A stretch of DNA of 64,000 bases from Octopus vulgaris (GCA_951406725.2 OX597820.1:34472001-34536000); one strand, 5' to 3'; positions 13,275 through 26,540 are shown, counted from the first letter of the stretch. Numbers and translations: made by a program. Notes: a model not told the origin generated them from the sequence alone.

Positions 13275-14231
13275 ATATCAATCCGGCATTTAATTTCCTT
13301 CGAATTAGTTCTCTTTGAAGCTACAAACTTTATACAGCTTCATTTCCATTGATGGAAGAATTCCTGGAATTCCGTTTCGGAATAGCGAGCAACTGCTTCG
13401 TCTCATTCTCATGGATTTCCTTGACGTCTTGAAATTTTTCTCCTTTCAAGTTGGATTTGATTTACGGATAAAGGAAAAGAGGAAAAAGCAAGGCACCAAC
13501 AGACTTTTGGCAAAATTTGATGCAAACTCTTTAATCAATTTTCTCTGCCATGGTCACTGATAGAACATTTGTGGAATGGCGAGACGACCACACTCTACAC
13601 ACTTGACTTCCAAGCACTGCCATAAACAACGGAAGTGAGCGAGAACTTCATAAATTAGAAATTAGTGTGCATGTGTCACAGAGTTCAAGGTCAATCTACA
13701 CCAATCATCTTTCGGATCTTTTCGGTTTGAACGGCAGTTTTTAACATAATTTCTAGGTAACTAAAAAATTTTAAACTTCGTATACTGGTAGAATGTGTTT
13801 ATAAAACATCTTTCTCTCTTGGCTTTATTGAGACAATTCTATAGTTTGTAAGATATTTGTTGTTTTTTTTCTTCAATTTCTGCAATTTCAACCAATCACT
13901 GACGTCTGTTGAGGTAAAAAACAGTCTGTGCCGTATGAATATGTCCCTCGTTGAAGAAACAGATTGGGTTTATTTACATTTGTGAAGAAAAAAAGATACC
14001 CTTACCCTAACCCTAACCCTAACCTAACTAACCCTAACTGTAACCCTAACCCTAAAACAGATTGAAATGCAATAGATCGATACTAGGGTCATAATTATGG
14101 GTGACAATTTCATATGACACCGCTAGAAAAAAACTGCCGTTCAAACCGAAAAGATCCCAGCTTTCCCCCCTGCGTTCTGTTGCTCCGTTGCTATAGCAAC
14201 AGTCTCGATACTTTTTGATCAGACCTCGTAC
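13275..14231 (-). mobile_element. Internally deleted mariner, interrupted by a MITE
   Basis: Terminus TACGAGGTCTGATCAAAAAGTATCGAGACT. MAEKID*RVCIKFCQK is fused to KSNLKGEKFQDVKEIH...FHQWK...FEG (transposase N- and C-termini). Confidence 0.8.
13714..14157. mobile_element. MITE with 28-bp perfect TIRs, probable 8-bp TSD and internal (CCCTAA)n
   Basis: GGATCTTTTCGGTTTGAACGGCAGTTTT / AAAACTGCCGTTCAAACCGAAAAGATCC; flanks CATCTTTC / CAGCTTTC. GG ends with an 8-bp TSD are Merlin-like (inference). Confidence 0.85.
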
Positions 14232-14683
14232 GAACGTATACATGTTTATGACGTGGTTTTCAAATGATGGTCCTTAGTTAGAACCACCTACTCAAGAATC
14301 CTCAGAATTCTCAGAACAGTGACGGTATTGTTCTTGATGAAGCTGTGATTGCTAGCTTTTCACATCTACTTGTTCTTTTTGTTGTTATTGTTGTTGTTGT
14401 CTGAAGTGGTCTCTTCTAATATTGCTGTCATTGCTTTAACAATCCTTATTACTGTTTCATTTCCTTATTGGTTGTTTTGTTGTTCTTCTTACAGATGTAT
14501 AGATGTTGTTGTTATTCAAGTGGCTGTGCTGTTGTTACTTTTGTTGTTGTCCTGCTTATGGCTATTGTGATTGTTGTTGTTGTTGTTGTTGTTGTTCTTC
14601 TTCTTCTTCTTCTTCAAGACAGAGAGAGGGGGAATGGAGATCGAACGACAGAGAGAGATGGAAAGAGAGATGGAGGGAGATAG

Positions 14684-14721
<38 letters not shown>

Positions 14722-14767
14722 GGAGAGATAGTGAAAGAGAGAAAAAGAGAGGGAGGAAAATAAAACG

Positions 14768-14800
<33 letters not shown>

Positions 14801-14803
<3 letters not shown>

Positions 14804-14957
14804 TCTTTACTCTTTTACTCTTTTACTTGTTTCAGTCATTTGACTGCGGCCATGCTGGAACACCACCTTTAGTCGAGCAAATCGACCCCGGGACTTATTC
14901 TTTGTAAGCCCAGTACTTATTCTATCGGTCTCTTTTTGCCGAACCGCTAAGTGACGG
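14801..14957 (-). mobile_element. SINE family A, 3' half
   Basis: Matches 16737-16887. Confidence 0.85.
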
Positions 14958-15009
<52 letters not shown>

Positions 15010-15039
15010 GGGGAAAGAGAGAGGGAGAAAGATAAATAA

Positions 15040-15075
<36 letters not shown>

Positions 15076-15128
15076 GAAGAGAGTGAGAGTGAACGAGAGA
15101 GAGGGAGATTTTTGTTGTCGCCATTGTT

Positions 15129-15366
15129 ATTTCTTATTTCTTTATTGCCCACAAGGGGCTAAACATAGAGGGGGCAATCAAGGACAGGCAAAGGGATTAA
15201 GTCGATTACATCGACTCCAGTGCGTAACTGGTACTTAATGTATCGACCCCCGAAAGGATGAAAGGCAAAGTCGACCTCGGCGGAATTTGAACTCAGAACG
15301 AAAAGACAGACGAAATACTGCTAAGCATTTCGCCCGGCTTGCTAACGTTTCTGCCAGCTCGCCGTG
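15129..15366 (-). mobile_element. tRNA-derived SINE, family B (Tx1-like tail), 15-bp TSD
   Basis: TSD GTTGTCGCCATTGTT at 15114-15128 and 15367-15381. Core GTCGACTTTGCCTTTCATCCTTTCGGGGTCGATA resembles the Deu/Nin SINE domain (recalled, unverified). Confidence 0.9.
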
Positions 15367-15844
15367 GTTGTCGCCATTGTTGTTGTTATTTTCATCAAGG
15401 TTACAATTTTTTCATTGCTTAGGTCATCACCATTTTCTGATATTTGACTAAACTGGAATAGGATTACTATAAATCCGTAAAAAGCAAAAAGCGAAAAATT
15501 TTGATTTCAAAAAAACTAACAAAAAAATTTAAAGAAAATTTCCAGGATCCACACACTCACTGCCACCAGCCATAGATTTATAATCTTCGGGGAATTAATA
15601 AAAAAAATCGATAATGTATCTCAAAATGTTTCTAAATTGTATTTTTTCATGTTAAATTTTTCATGTTTGTACTTCTATTTCAAAATTAATTTTATTATCT
15701 TTATTAAATTGTGTTTTATACCGAAATTGCACTTTTCTATGAAAAATTATATTTTCATATAGAAAATTATATTTTCATATATTGATTGTGTAATTTTTTT
15801 TTTGAAAATGTATTTAACTGTGATAATGTTATTAGAATTTTATG

Positions 15845-16265
15845 AAGGCGGTGAGCTACCAGAATCGTTAGCACGGCGGACGAAATGCTATGTTCTGAGT
15901 TCAAATTCCGCCGAGGTCGACTTTGCCTTTCATCCTTTCGGGGTCGATAAATTTTAAGATCTTGTGCCTATTGTAGAAAGTACCAATTACGCACTGGGGT
16001 CGATGTAATCGACTTAATCCGTCTGTCTGTCTTTGTTAGTTCCCTTTATGTTTAGCCCCCTGTGGGCAATAAAGAAATATGAATCGTTAGCACGCTGGGC
16101 GGGATACCCAGCGGTATTTCGCTCGTCGCTACGTTCAGAGTTCAAATTCCGCCGAGATCGACTTTGCCTTTCATCCTTTCGGGGTCGATAAAATTGGTAC
16201 CAATTAAACACTGGGATCGATGTGATTGACTCATCCCAAGCTGCCCTTGTGACAAAAAATTTGCG
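15845..16265 (+). mobile_element. Two tandem SINE family B copies
   Basis: AAGGCGGTGAGCT...GAATCGTTAGCAC head and core occur twice (15845 and ~16080). Confidence 0.85.
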
Positions 16266-16736
16266 ATAGTTATTACAATTTTATGTTGAGACATTATTTC
16301 TTGTTCAATAAAAAGTTTGTATTTTATTGTGAAAATGTAATTATAATTTCAAGTTACAGTTTGTATGTTTTATATTTCTAATTCTGTTTCAAAGAAAGGG
16401 TATTTTAGATCGAAATTATATATTGTTATGAAAAATTGTATTTTCAAATAGAAATCTATATTTTCACGAATCGTGTAACTCGTTGAAAATGTATTTTACT
16501 GTGATAATACGATTATAATTTCATGTTAAAATTCTACTTCTTGTTAAATAAAAAAAGACCATTTTATTGTGAAAATGTAATTACAATTCTATGTTAAATT
16601 TTGTGTTTTTTTAATATTTTTTATTTCTATTTCAAAATTAATTCTATCTCTTTAAAATTGGTATATACTGAAATCGTATTTTCATATGAAAATTATAATT
16701 TCTTTGTTGTAAATTCATGTTGTAAAAGCGTTTTAC

Positions 16737-16924
16737 TATTCTCTTTACTCTTTTACTTGTTTCAGTCATTTGACTGCGGCCATGCTGGAGCACCGCCTTT
16801 AGTCGAGCAAATCGACCCCGGGACTTATTCTTTGTAAGCCCAGTACTTATTCTATCGGTCTCTTTTTGCCGAACCGCTAAGTGACGGGGATGTAAACACA
16901 CCAGCATCAGGGGGACAAACACAG

Positions 16925-16966
<42 letters not shown>

Positions 16967-17128
16967 GACAGGCTTCTTTCAGTTTCCGTCTACTAAATCC
17001 ACTCACAAGGCATTGGTCGGCCCGGGGCTATAGCAGAAGACACTTGCCCAAGATGCCACGCAGTGGGACTGAACCCGGAACCATCAGGTTGGTTAGCAAG
17101 CTACTTACCACACAGCCACTCCTGCGCC
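16737..17128 (-). mobile_element. SINE family A, full length
   Basis: Head GGCGCAGGAGTGGCTGTGTGGTAAG...GGGTTCAGTCCC (A/B boxes), internal (TA)n, (AAAGAGT)-type tail. Confidence 0.9.
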
Positions 17129-18104
17129 TGGAAATTTAATTTTAATTTCATGTTATAATATTATTTCATATTGAATAAAGAAATATACAGAGGTCAGCAA
17201 GACCTGTGCTCACACATCCACTAACACACAAACACACACAGACGCCCACACGGGCGTAAACGCACGCACGCACTTGCTCACACAAACCTATCGGTCATCA
17301 CATATGCAAGCAACAACGCATTTCAGACAAGCAAACATAGTTTCCGTAACGAAGTGAAGTCACTGAAAAGGTTGAGAATGGCAACGAAAGAATTTTGAGT
17401 AATAAAAAAAAAATGCAAAAATAAAAACGATTGACTGTTTTACCAACAAGTTAAACAAACGATCGATTTGTTAGTTAGATAGATATTTAATCAATTGACT
17501 AATAAAGGAGTGGAATTGAACTTGGTGGCTGTATTATTAACATTGGCCTCACGACTCTCCTTAAGTACAATAAAATTTGTTTCAACACACGGATTCACAT
17601 AAAGAACCAAATACAAAAACGAAGTAAAAAATGCGTTTTATTGTGAAAATGTTATAATTCCAAGCTCAAATATTATTTCTTGTTAACTAAAAACAAAAAT
17701 GCATGTAACTACTGTCAAAATGTAATTATAATTTCATGTTAGAATTTGTATTGTTCATATTGTTACTTCTGTTTCAAAAGTTCATTTCTTTATGAAGTGG
17801 TATTTTACACAGAAATTGTATTTTCATATAAAAATTGTAATTTTCATCCATTGATTACGAAATTCGTATTGAAGAAGTATTTTACCATGAAAATATATTT
17901 TGAATTTCATGTTAAATTTTTTTTTATTTGCGCCATAAGAATGTAGAAACTTATTTGAAATAAATTATTTTTAACGGCTGAACTCGAAGTAGATAAAGCT
18001 ATAAATAATAACACGTAGAATATTGGTTTAAAAACTATTGGGTGGAAAAAATCTTTTAACTTTGCATTTCACTGTAAAAATCGAATTCTAATTCAAAATT
18101 ATAA

Positions 18105-18555
18105 TATTGGTTTCAAATTTTGGAACAAGGCCAGCAATGTTGGGGAGGGGCTAAGTCGATTATATCAACCCCAATGCTCCACTAGAACTTATTTTATCGA
18201 TCTCGAAAGGATGAACGGTAAAATCGACCTCAGCGGATTATGAACTCAGAACATAAAGACGGACCAAACGCCGCTATGCACTTTGCTAATTATTCTGCCA
18301 GCTAGCTACGTTGATCTCATATTATAATATTTTTTGTTAAAGGCGGTGAGCTGGCAGAATCGTTAGCACGCCGGACAAAATGCTTAGCGACATGACGTTC
18401 TGAGTTCAAATTTCGTGGAAGTCGAATATACTATTCTTCCTTTCGGGGTCAATAAAAGAAGTATCAGTTGATCACTGGAGTCGATGTACTCGACTTATCC
18501 TGACCTCGCCCCACCACCGGAAATTGCTGGCCTTGTGCCAAAATCTGAAATCAAT
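18105..18555. mobile_element. Head-to-head pair of SINE family B copies
   Basis: Minus copy ~18105-18305 and plus copy ~18338-18555, both with the GGCCTTGTGCCAAAAT-type tail. Confidence 0.8.
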
Positions 18556-19526
18556 AATATTTATTGTTAAATAACAAATTTGTATCGAACTCCGAAAATT
18601 TAATTATATTTTCATGTTAAAATAATATTTTTTTATCAAAATAAAAATTGAATTTCACCGTTATGTGTAATTATAATTTCATGTTATTAATTTATTTCTT
18701 GCTTAATAAAAAGAATTACAAATTGCATTTTACAGTTAAAATCTAATTATAATTTCATAACATAATTTATTCTTAAATAAAGTATTGCACTTTATTGTGA
18801 AAATTATAATTATAATTATAAAATTATAATTTCATGTTCGTATAATATTATTTCATGTTAAATAAAAAAAATTGCATTTCCCACGTCGTGTAACATCAAT
18901 TTTTGTTAAATATAAAGTTGTATCTTACTATGAAAATGTTATAATTTCATATTAAAATACTTCTTCATAAATAAAATAAAAAAAGATGCTGCTATATTTT
19001 CCTGCTCAAGTCGTAGTTTGGCCGCAATCAAAATGCATTTCACAACGCCATATCAGGTGTCTAACTTTAGTATCAAGTCTAAAGTTTCACGTGAGTGTCT
19101 ATCCTAAAAAGATCAATGTAGCTGATTGGTCTTCGTCCTTTGTTAAGGTGCAGAAGTTTCCAATATATAACATCTAATTCAATCTGTTGTCTAAGCATGA
19201 TAGCAATGATCAGTAAAGCTCAGTTCTGTGTTGAGCGACACATTTTATTCTCTTATTCTTTTGCTCGTGTCAGGTTGGGGCTCTGCCTTGAAGAGTTTAC
19301 TCCAATCAAATCGAATCCAGTACTTATTCCTTTAGAACCTGGTATTTATTCTATTGGTTTATTTTGCCGAACAGCTAGTTTAGAGGCACGGGGATTAAGC
19401 AAACCGACACCGGTGCCAAGTGGTAGGGAGAAAAACACAGACACTGAACCTGAAGACAGACGAAATACCGCTAAGCATTACGCCCGGTGTGCAAACGATC
19501 CTACCAGCTCGCTGCCATTGATGATG

Positions 19527-19594
<68 letters not shown>

Positions 19595-19596
19595 AA

Positions 19597-21460
19597 TGAT
19601 TTCATTCATTTGCAACAAGGACGAAGGATGAGGGGGACAATACAAAGACATACATAAAGTGTGGAGGTTTACATATAATAAAATGATAAAAAAAAGGAAA
19701 GAAAAAAGGTAGTATACACCGTATACACTGAAAAAGAAGGGACATACGCATAGCATACAACAGTTTAAAAAAGTGGTAGGGTGGATGATAGAGATGTGGC
19801 CCTCCTGATACAGGAAGGCCTCTAGGGATAATCGAGGAACCCTAATGTCTGGGATTTCCCTGAAACCCCAAGAATAAGTGTCCTCTGCAATTCCTTTTCT
19901 CCGACTCACAGGTCTACACTTAGAGAGGTATTATCCACACTTGCCATTTTCGCAACTTACTCCCACAGCACTTCCCTCTTCACTCTCAGTTTCCTTTTCA
20001 AGTGAATCTTGAAAAAGTCAATGAGAGCTCTACCAAAGATGACTGTATCATGCCTTTCAACCTTGTCCACCAAACAACCTCTTGCGCCACAGCCACCAAG
20101 CAAATGAAAACTGCCTTGCCTGCCCGATTGAAGGAGGGCGGCGGTGCCATCATCGCTACAGACTCGGCCGACAGACAGATCGGTTCCACATGTGACAGCA
20201 GTTGTTCAATATAACCCTACAAGTCAGCAATGCCCGGACACTGAAAGAGGACGTGCAGAACGGTTTCGTCAATCTGCGTGCACCTCGGACAAGCCCGTCT
20301 GACAGCACATCCGTACTTATAGAGTTTATTACGAACCGTCCCCCCCCCCCAGCACTGTCATCCAAGGAAATCTGGAAATCCATGATAGTTCCCGACCGGA
20401 AAGTCCTCCGGAACAGACTAGCTAGTTCGTTCTCATCGGTGCCCAGAGTCTCCCCCAGAACGTTGTCGCACTTCCCTGCCACTAATAATCTATAAATTTC
20501 TAAAGCGGAACATCCACCGATCCCATTGCCCGACTGGTAGATGGCTGTGAGCGCCTGACGACATTCTGGGTGCCAGGCGCCCAGTCTCGGTCTTTTCTTC
20601 ATCTAGGACTGCAGCTCCGTCAATGAGACGGGCTGCGGAAAGATGAGCCTCAGAAACGGGGCCCATACACGCTCACCGTCCAGAAATCGCTGCAGGTGCT
20701 GTAACCAAAGAGCGTGTCTGTGCATTACGAGCCACGGTTTACCTAATCTGCCACTCAGAGGATGCTGGCAACAGACTGACCGCCTGACCATTAGAACGCA
20801 TTCTTTCCACAAGAATTCAAATAAGAGACATTCCAACCTAGTTAAGCAGTAACCGGAACAGGGCACAACGGTCAGGCATTGAATGATAACCTCTGCCCGA
20901 CCTTTCAAGCACAGTTTCCTCTCAGCCCATTTCTGGGTAAGACTGGCCACCCTGTTCGACACCTCGTCCCTGTTCTTATCAACCTGGAGGTTGGGACCAA
21001 ACCAGACTCCGAACAGTTTAACTGGTCTGTCAGTCCTGCGTCTGACGACGCTGTCCAATAGCATTATCCTGCCTCCCCAGGAGCCCAACCTCAAACCCAC
21101 CGATTTGCCAGCATTGATTTTAGCCACTGCAACCGACTCATATTCCTTTAGGATGGTGCCGACCGTCTCCACTTCGGAGGCATCCGACACCATGACGTTG
21201 ACGTCATCCGCATATGCTAACCCTGCGCTTCCTTGTCCCAGTTCGAAAGGGATGTCCCTTAGCTGTTCCAACTTTTGCAGCAATGGCTCGAGTTCCAATA
21301 TGTACAGAAGAGGCAACAGCTGGTAGTCCTGACGGACCGAGCGTGCGATGCAAAACGGCTCCGATAGGTGACCATTTACTTTGACCACTGAACAGGTGCC
21401 GCTGTGCATTGCAGCGATCCAGCCCCTGAAAACGGGTCCGAAACCGCCTGCTTTTAGAAG
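19597..21460 (-). mobile_element. 5'-truncated, decayed Tx1/L1-clade LINE (RT, zinc finger, 3' UTR) ending in (ATC)n/(ATT)n
   Basis: ORF 20603-21409 has SVRQDYQLLPLLY (GVRQGCPLSPLLY), AYADD and LFGVWFG. Downstream CPRCTQIDETVLHVLFQCP and AQEVVWWTRLKG are homologous to 2-454. Stops and frameshifts present. Confidence 0.92.
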
Positions 21461-21464
21461 TTAA

Positions 21465-22883
21465 AAGTGCAAAAGTGCAAAAAATGAAATGGGAAAAAGA
21501 TGTAAACAAAATAGTAATTGGATGCTGGCTGAGAAGTGAGCCAAATAAAGGAAGTTCTATGAAGCGAATGAAGAGAATATGGGATGAAAAAGGAGTTTTT
21601 GAAGCATCTGCCCAGCGACTGATAGACTAACAAGGGCAATTCGTATGAACAACTAGATTACAGGATTAGAGGTTGGAGAAATCCAGAGAAGTATAAAAAA
21701 ATGAGAAGGAAGGGAGAGAGATAGCAGTTGCAGAAAGTGGTAATGAAGGGGTAAGAGATGAAGAATATAAAAATGAAGGAAATCACTATATGCCTGAGAT
21801 TGCTGATGAAGTAAATAGCGAAGATGATCTAGTTGGACAAGTGACTGTAAATGCTGCCCAAGACTTGAATGACGAAGAGAAGAAGATTTTAGAAATGCTA
21901 CGAGGTAAAATGTTTGATGGGAACAGTGAAGTACTACCAAATGTCAGATATATGGACAAAGGGAAAGCATGGAGAGCCACAGGCAAAGCAAATAATGTTT
22001 TGTGCTTCATTAGAACAGAAAACATCTGTGAAATAAACCAGCTAATCATAGCTGCTGGTAATGTTGTAGCATAGTAGGATACAAGCGGAAAACAAGAAAT
22101 GTAAGGAAATGAAAAGAAAGAACCAAACTGGGGGAAGAGAATACAAATGAAATAGGAAAAGACACGGATAGAACTGGAGTAATTAAATCGGATAATGAGA
22201 GGAGAGCTCAAGGATGTGGTAGCAATCAGAAAATTGAACAGCACAGGTTAGAAAAATGAGGAAAGCAAACAGTACATAAAGAATTATCACAAAGGATGAC
22301 TGCGTTATTGGTCAAACTGAAAAGATATGATGCTAGATGCAAAGGCTTTGAACAGAATGGTCTGTTCCGATCAATTAGAAAGCATCCTTTTGAGAAAATA
22401 GAGTAGAGCCAACATCAGGAAATGATTCCTGATGCAGAAGAAGGTAAAATATTTTGGGAAGAACTGGGGAACAGGCTGGTGAGACTTAAAGAAAGTGCAG
22501 AATGGCTAACTCAAGTGGAAAGGCAACTTGCAACCGTGCCAAGACAAAAGAACGTCAGAATCGATCTGTATACAGTGAGACTGAGGTTTAAAAAATAGCA
22601 AATTGAAAAAGACCTGGCCCAGACGGAGTTCAAAGCTACTAGCTGAAGAACTAGTAATTGGGACATTGGGAACTGTATAGGCAAATGGTTGAAGGAGATT
22701 GGAATAGAATGTCCTGTAGTGTTTCTACAGAAAGTTTGCCTCTTAAGGGACAGGAAAAATTATCAGGAGGGTCTTAAACACTTGAAAGACTATTGAAAGC
22801 TTGTGGATACTCAAGGTTGCGGTAGTGACCTGCTACCCACATAAATCTTGCCAGAAATGAGACCGAACCTGAGTCAAAGCAGT
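21465..22883 (+). mobile_element. R4/Dong-clade (RLE) non-LTR element, decayed, RT deleted
   Basis: MKWEKDVNKIVIGCWLRSEP...MKRMKRIWDEKGVF...QRL; later KIFWEEL, AEWL and PGPDGV; then a direct jump to VIGTLG...LQKVCLL..GKIIRRVL (RLE C-terminus). Confidence 0.85.
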
Positions 22884-22898
22884 AGCAGCAGCAGCAAA

Positions 22899-23300
22899 TG
22901 GAGGCGCAATGGCCCACTGGTTAGGGCAGCGGACTCGCGGTCGGAGGATCGCGGTTTCGATTCCCAGACCGGGCGTTGTGTGTTTATTGAGCGAAAACAC
23001 CTAAAGCTCCACGAGGCTCCGGCAGGGGGTGGTGGCGACCCCTGTTGTACTCTTTCGCTCCAACTTTCTCTCACTCTTTCTTCCTGTTTCTTGTCCCCGA
23101 CTTCCTACGCAACCGCTGAGCCTGGATGCGTATTCATCCATCCGTCGATGCTCTCGGTGTCGGGGGTTGACCTGCTTTCTCTTCTGCGGGTCATACGAAT
23201 AGCAAAGGACCACGTTTCGGACTTCTCCCACTACAGAGGCGCGATCTTGCGAGCTCTGGGACGAAGACCGCTTCGCTCAACAAACAAACAAACAAACAAA
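22899..23300 (+). mobile_element. tRNA-derived SINE with family-C-like head, distinct body, (CAAA)n tail and 15-bp TSD
   Basis: TSD AGCAGCAGCAGCAAA at 22884-22898 and 23301-23315; A box TGGCCCACTGG, B box GTTTCGATTCC. Confidence 0.88.
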
Positions 23301-23464
23301 AGCAGCAGCAGCAAAAACAACAACAACAACAACAACAACAACCAACTACGAATCCAAAATCACATCACGGCAGTGGATCGGATTTCTCTTCCACCATCTA
23401 AATAGCTCAGGAGTGAGAGAGACATAGAACGAAGAGAGGAAGAAAACGCGCACTTGTTTATTTA

Positions 23465-23618
<154 letters not shown>

Positions 23619-24029
23619 TTTAGTCTGATTAAATGAGCAGTTAGCTTTGAATTATCTAAAATAGCTTAGACGAAATTAATTGAAAAAGCTAAGTCTGATG
23701 AAATCTAACTATATTTGTATTTGTTTAGATTTTTGTCTTTACTTTAATATGATTGTACATAATCACAATTTATTCAAAATTAGAATTATTGATATTTCAA
23801 AAGTCAGCGTTGTTTGTGTCCAGGTTTTTCTTTCTTTTGAATTTAAAAATAAAAATTAGAAAAGAAAAGAGAAATAATTTATTATTGCATTTCCAAAAAA
23901 CATGACGGGCTTCGTCTGTTAGTTAAAAAAGAAATTTCAGAAGAATAGTTATTTTATGGTGTCTCTCTGTCTGCTGTCTGTCAGGCTGTCCGTCCGTCTG
24001 TCCATCCATCTATCCGTCCATCCCTGCAC

Positions 24030-24121
<92 letters not shown>

Positions 24122-24149
24122 GCATGAATATATGTATATACACGTATTC

Positions 24150-24188
<39 letters not shown>

Positions 24189-24189
<1 letters not shown>

Positions 24190-24535
24190 GCGCAGGAGTG
24201 GCTGTGTGGTAAGTAGCTTGCTAACCAACCACATGGTTCCGGGTTCTATGCCTTCTGAGTGGATTTGGTTGACGGAAACTGAAAGAAGCCTGTCGTATAT
24301 ATGTATATGTATGTGTGTGTATGTGTTTGTGTGTCTGTGTTTGTCCCCCTAGCATTGCTTGACAACCGTTGCTAGTGTGTTTACGTCCCCGTCACTTAGC
24401 GGTTCGGCAAAAGAGACCGATAGAATAAGTACTGGGCTTACAAAGAATAAGTCCCGGGGTCGATTTGCTCGACTAAAGGCGGTGCTCCAGCATGGCCACA
24501 GTCAAATGACTGAAACATGTAAAAGAGTAAAAGAG
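24189..24535 (+). mobile_element. SINE family A with a short internal deletion
   Basis: Reverse complement of 16737-17128, lacking part of the segment after the B box. Confidence 0.9.
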
Positions 24536-24671
24536 TATATATATATATATATATATATATATGATTCGACTACCTCTCAACTTCTGTTCTTTCAACATGT
24601 GATCTCTTGAGCACCACCAGCTCAAATATTTTTTCCTCTGTCTTCCCTTCTCGGGATCTTTCCTTCTCCTT

Positions 24672-24706
24672 GTTTCCGACGAAGAGCTCCGCTCGAAACG
24701 TTAAAC
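24672..24706 (+). ncRNA. Minimal type-I hammerhead ribozyme motif (U4C core variant) in a (TA)n-flanked pLTR-like module
   Basis: GTTT-CCGACGA-A-GAGC(TCC)GCTC-GAAA-CG-T-T-AAAC: stem I GTTT/AAAC, stem II GAGC/GCTC, palindromic stem III ACGT. Confidence 0.65.
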
Positions 24707-24813
24707 CCTCCTTCCTTCTTTCCTGAGCGTCAATAATACTTTAATTGTTCCACGTCCTGCGTTGCTGTGTTTTTTCTCTTTTTTCTGTGTTTTCTTGTTT
24801 GGATTTACTTTTT

Positions 24814-24884
<71 letters not shown>

Positions 24885-25642
24885 ATCATTATTTCTAAAA
24901 CTCTCAAAGAGAGATACTCAGTAATAGTTCTTTAAAGTAAAGGCTATTTGCCAACATAATGTGGCCGTCCTGGAAGGGACAATTGCTGCTGTTGTTTAGC
25001 CCCAGGAAACAACGTTTCCAGCTGGCTATGCGGCACAATATTTGGACACAGTTCTATAAATCTTAATTCAACAGAGACTATATAAAACGAAGATTAACTT
25101 CAATGCATTGCATTGTTTAAGAACTCTCTCTATATGTATATCATATAGTAAGTGTAATACAGTATATGTATTTAGTCCACTTACATTTTATATCCATAGA
25201 TTGATATATCTAACTATCCACCCATTCTTTCATTCATCCATCCATCCATCCATCTATGCAAGCATGCATACATACGTACATACATACATACATACATACA
25301 TACATGCATGCATGCATGCATGCATACATACATACATACATGCATGCATGCATACATACATACATGCATACATACATACACACACGCACATACATACATA
25401 TATACATATATACAAACTCACATACATGCATGCATACATACATACATACAAACATACGTACATACAACACATACATACACACATACATATATACACACGT
25501 ACATACATACTTACATATATACATACTCATACACATGCATGCATACATATATACATACATACGTACACACACATACATACATACATACATGCATGCATGC
25601 ATGCATCCATACATACATACATACATACACACATGCATGCAT

Positions 25643-25674
<32 letters not shown>

Positions 25675-26309
25675 GCACACACACACATACATGCATATGC
25701 ATAAAGACATTTTCATATATTACTATTCAAATGTAAATACCAAAACATAAATCCATTTCTATACCTTTTTCAATCTCGACCTACTTTAACGGAAATAATA
25801 TATTTTGAGCACTTTGTACTTCGTGAGTAAAAATAAACTTATTAAAAATTTAGATCTATAAATGTTTATATTACAAAAAAGGAAATTATTCATTACTTTC
25901 ATTCATAACCTTTATTTTTATATTTTCATATTTTATGTTTTATTTTATTTTATTTTATTTTTCTGTAGGAAAAGCAGAGACCATGAATATTTACATGGCG
26001 TCTTTGATTTGTAGGAGGAAGCGCGGAAGAAAGTTATTCCCAAACCAGAAGTTTTGGCCAAATGCCTACTGCAGAGTGACTCCTACTACTGGCACCCAAG
26101 ACTTAGGCGTGGGTGGTATTAAACCAGAAGACAGATTAAGTATACCATTCAGGCGTAGACGTTGGCTGCGTGGTAAGACATCTGTTTCTCAGCTACCATG
26201 GTTCAGCAGAGATCAGTCCTACTGCGTGGTACATTTCCCGGGGTATAGTACAAAGCCTTGTGAGTGGATTTGGTAGAAGGGAACTGAAAGAACACCGTCG
26301 AAGGTGTGC

Positions 26310-26355
<46 letters not shown>

Positions 26356-26363
26356 ATATATAT

Positions 26364-26540
26364 AACATTATTGGTGAATTGAAGAAATGGAGCTGAACGC
26401 AGATTGAACAGAAATCGTTTTATTTCATTCTTCCATCGGATTTTGGTAATTTGTGCCTTTCGAAACACGTGTAGAATGAAATAAAACGATTTCTGTTCAA
26501 TCTGCGTTCAGCTCCATTTCTTCAATTCACCAATAATGTT
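26364..26540. repeat. Perfect 68-bp inverted repeat with 41-nt spacer, next to (TA)n
   Basis: 26364-26431 is the reverse complement of 26473-26540; the spacer ends in CGAAACACGTGT. Confidence 0.95.

Larger units (their letters stand above)
15620..18980. repeat. Degenerate AT-rich ~65-bp tandem array, interrupted by SINEs
   Basis: Recurrent unit TTGCATTTTATTGTGAAAATGTAATTATAATTTCATGTTAAAAT...TTCTTGTTAAATAAAA (e.g. 16318, 16490, 16560, 17632, 18723, 18786, 18920). Confidence 0.7.

Noticed and set aside
13999-14054. True telomere
   Set aside because: Short, degenerate and internal to a MITE.
20603-21409. Functional or domesticated reverse transcriptase, or a retron/DGR-like system
   Set aside because: 5'-truncated, QG motif corrupted, flanked by stops and frameshifts; ordinary dead Tx1 copy.
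24189-24260. Functional tRNA genes (also the heads at 5385, 17060, 22899)
   Set aside because: A/B boxes continue into SINE bodies; no acceptor stem or complete cloverleaf.
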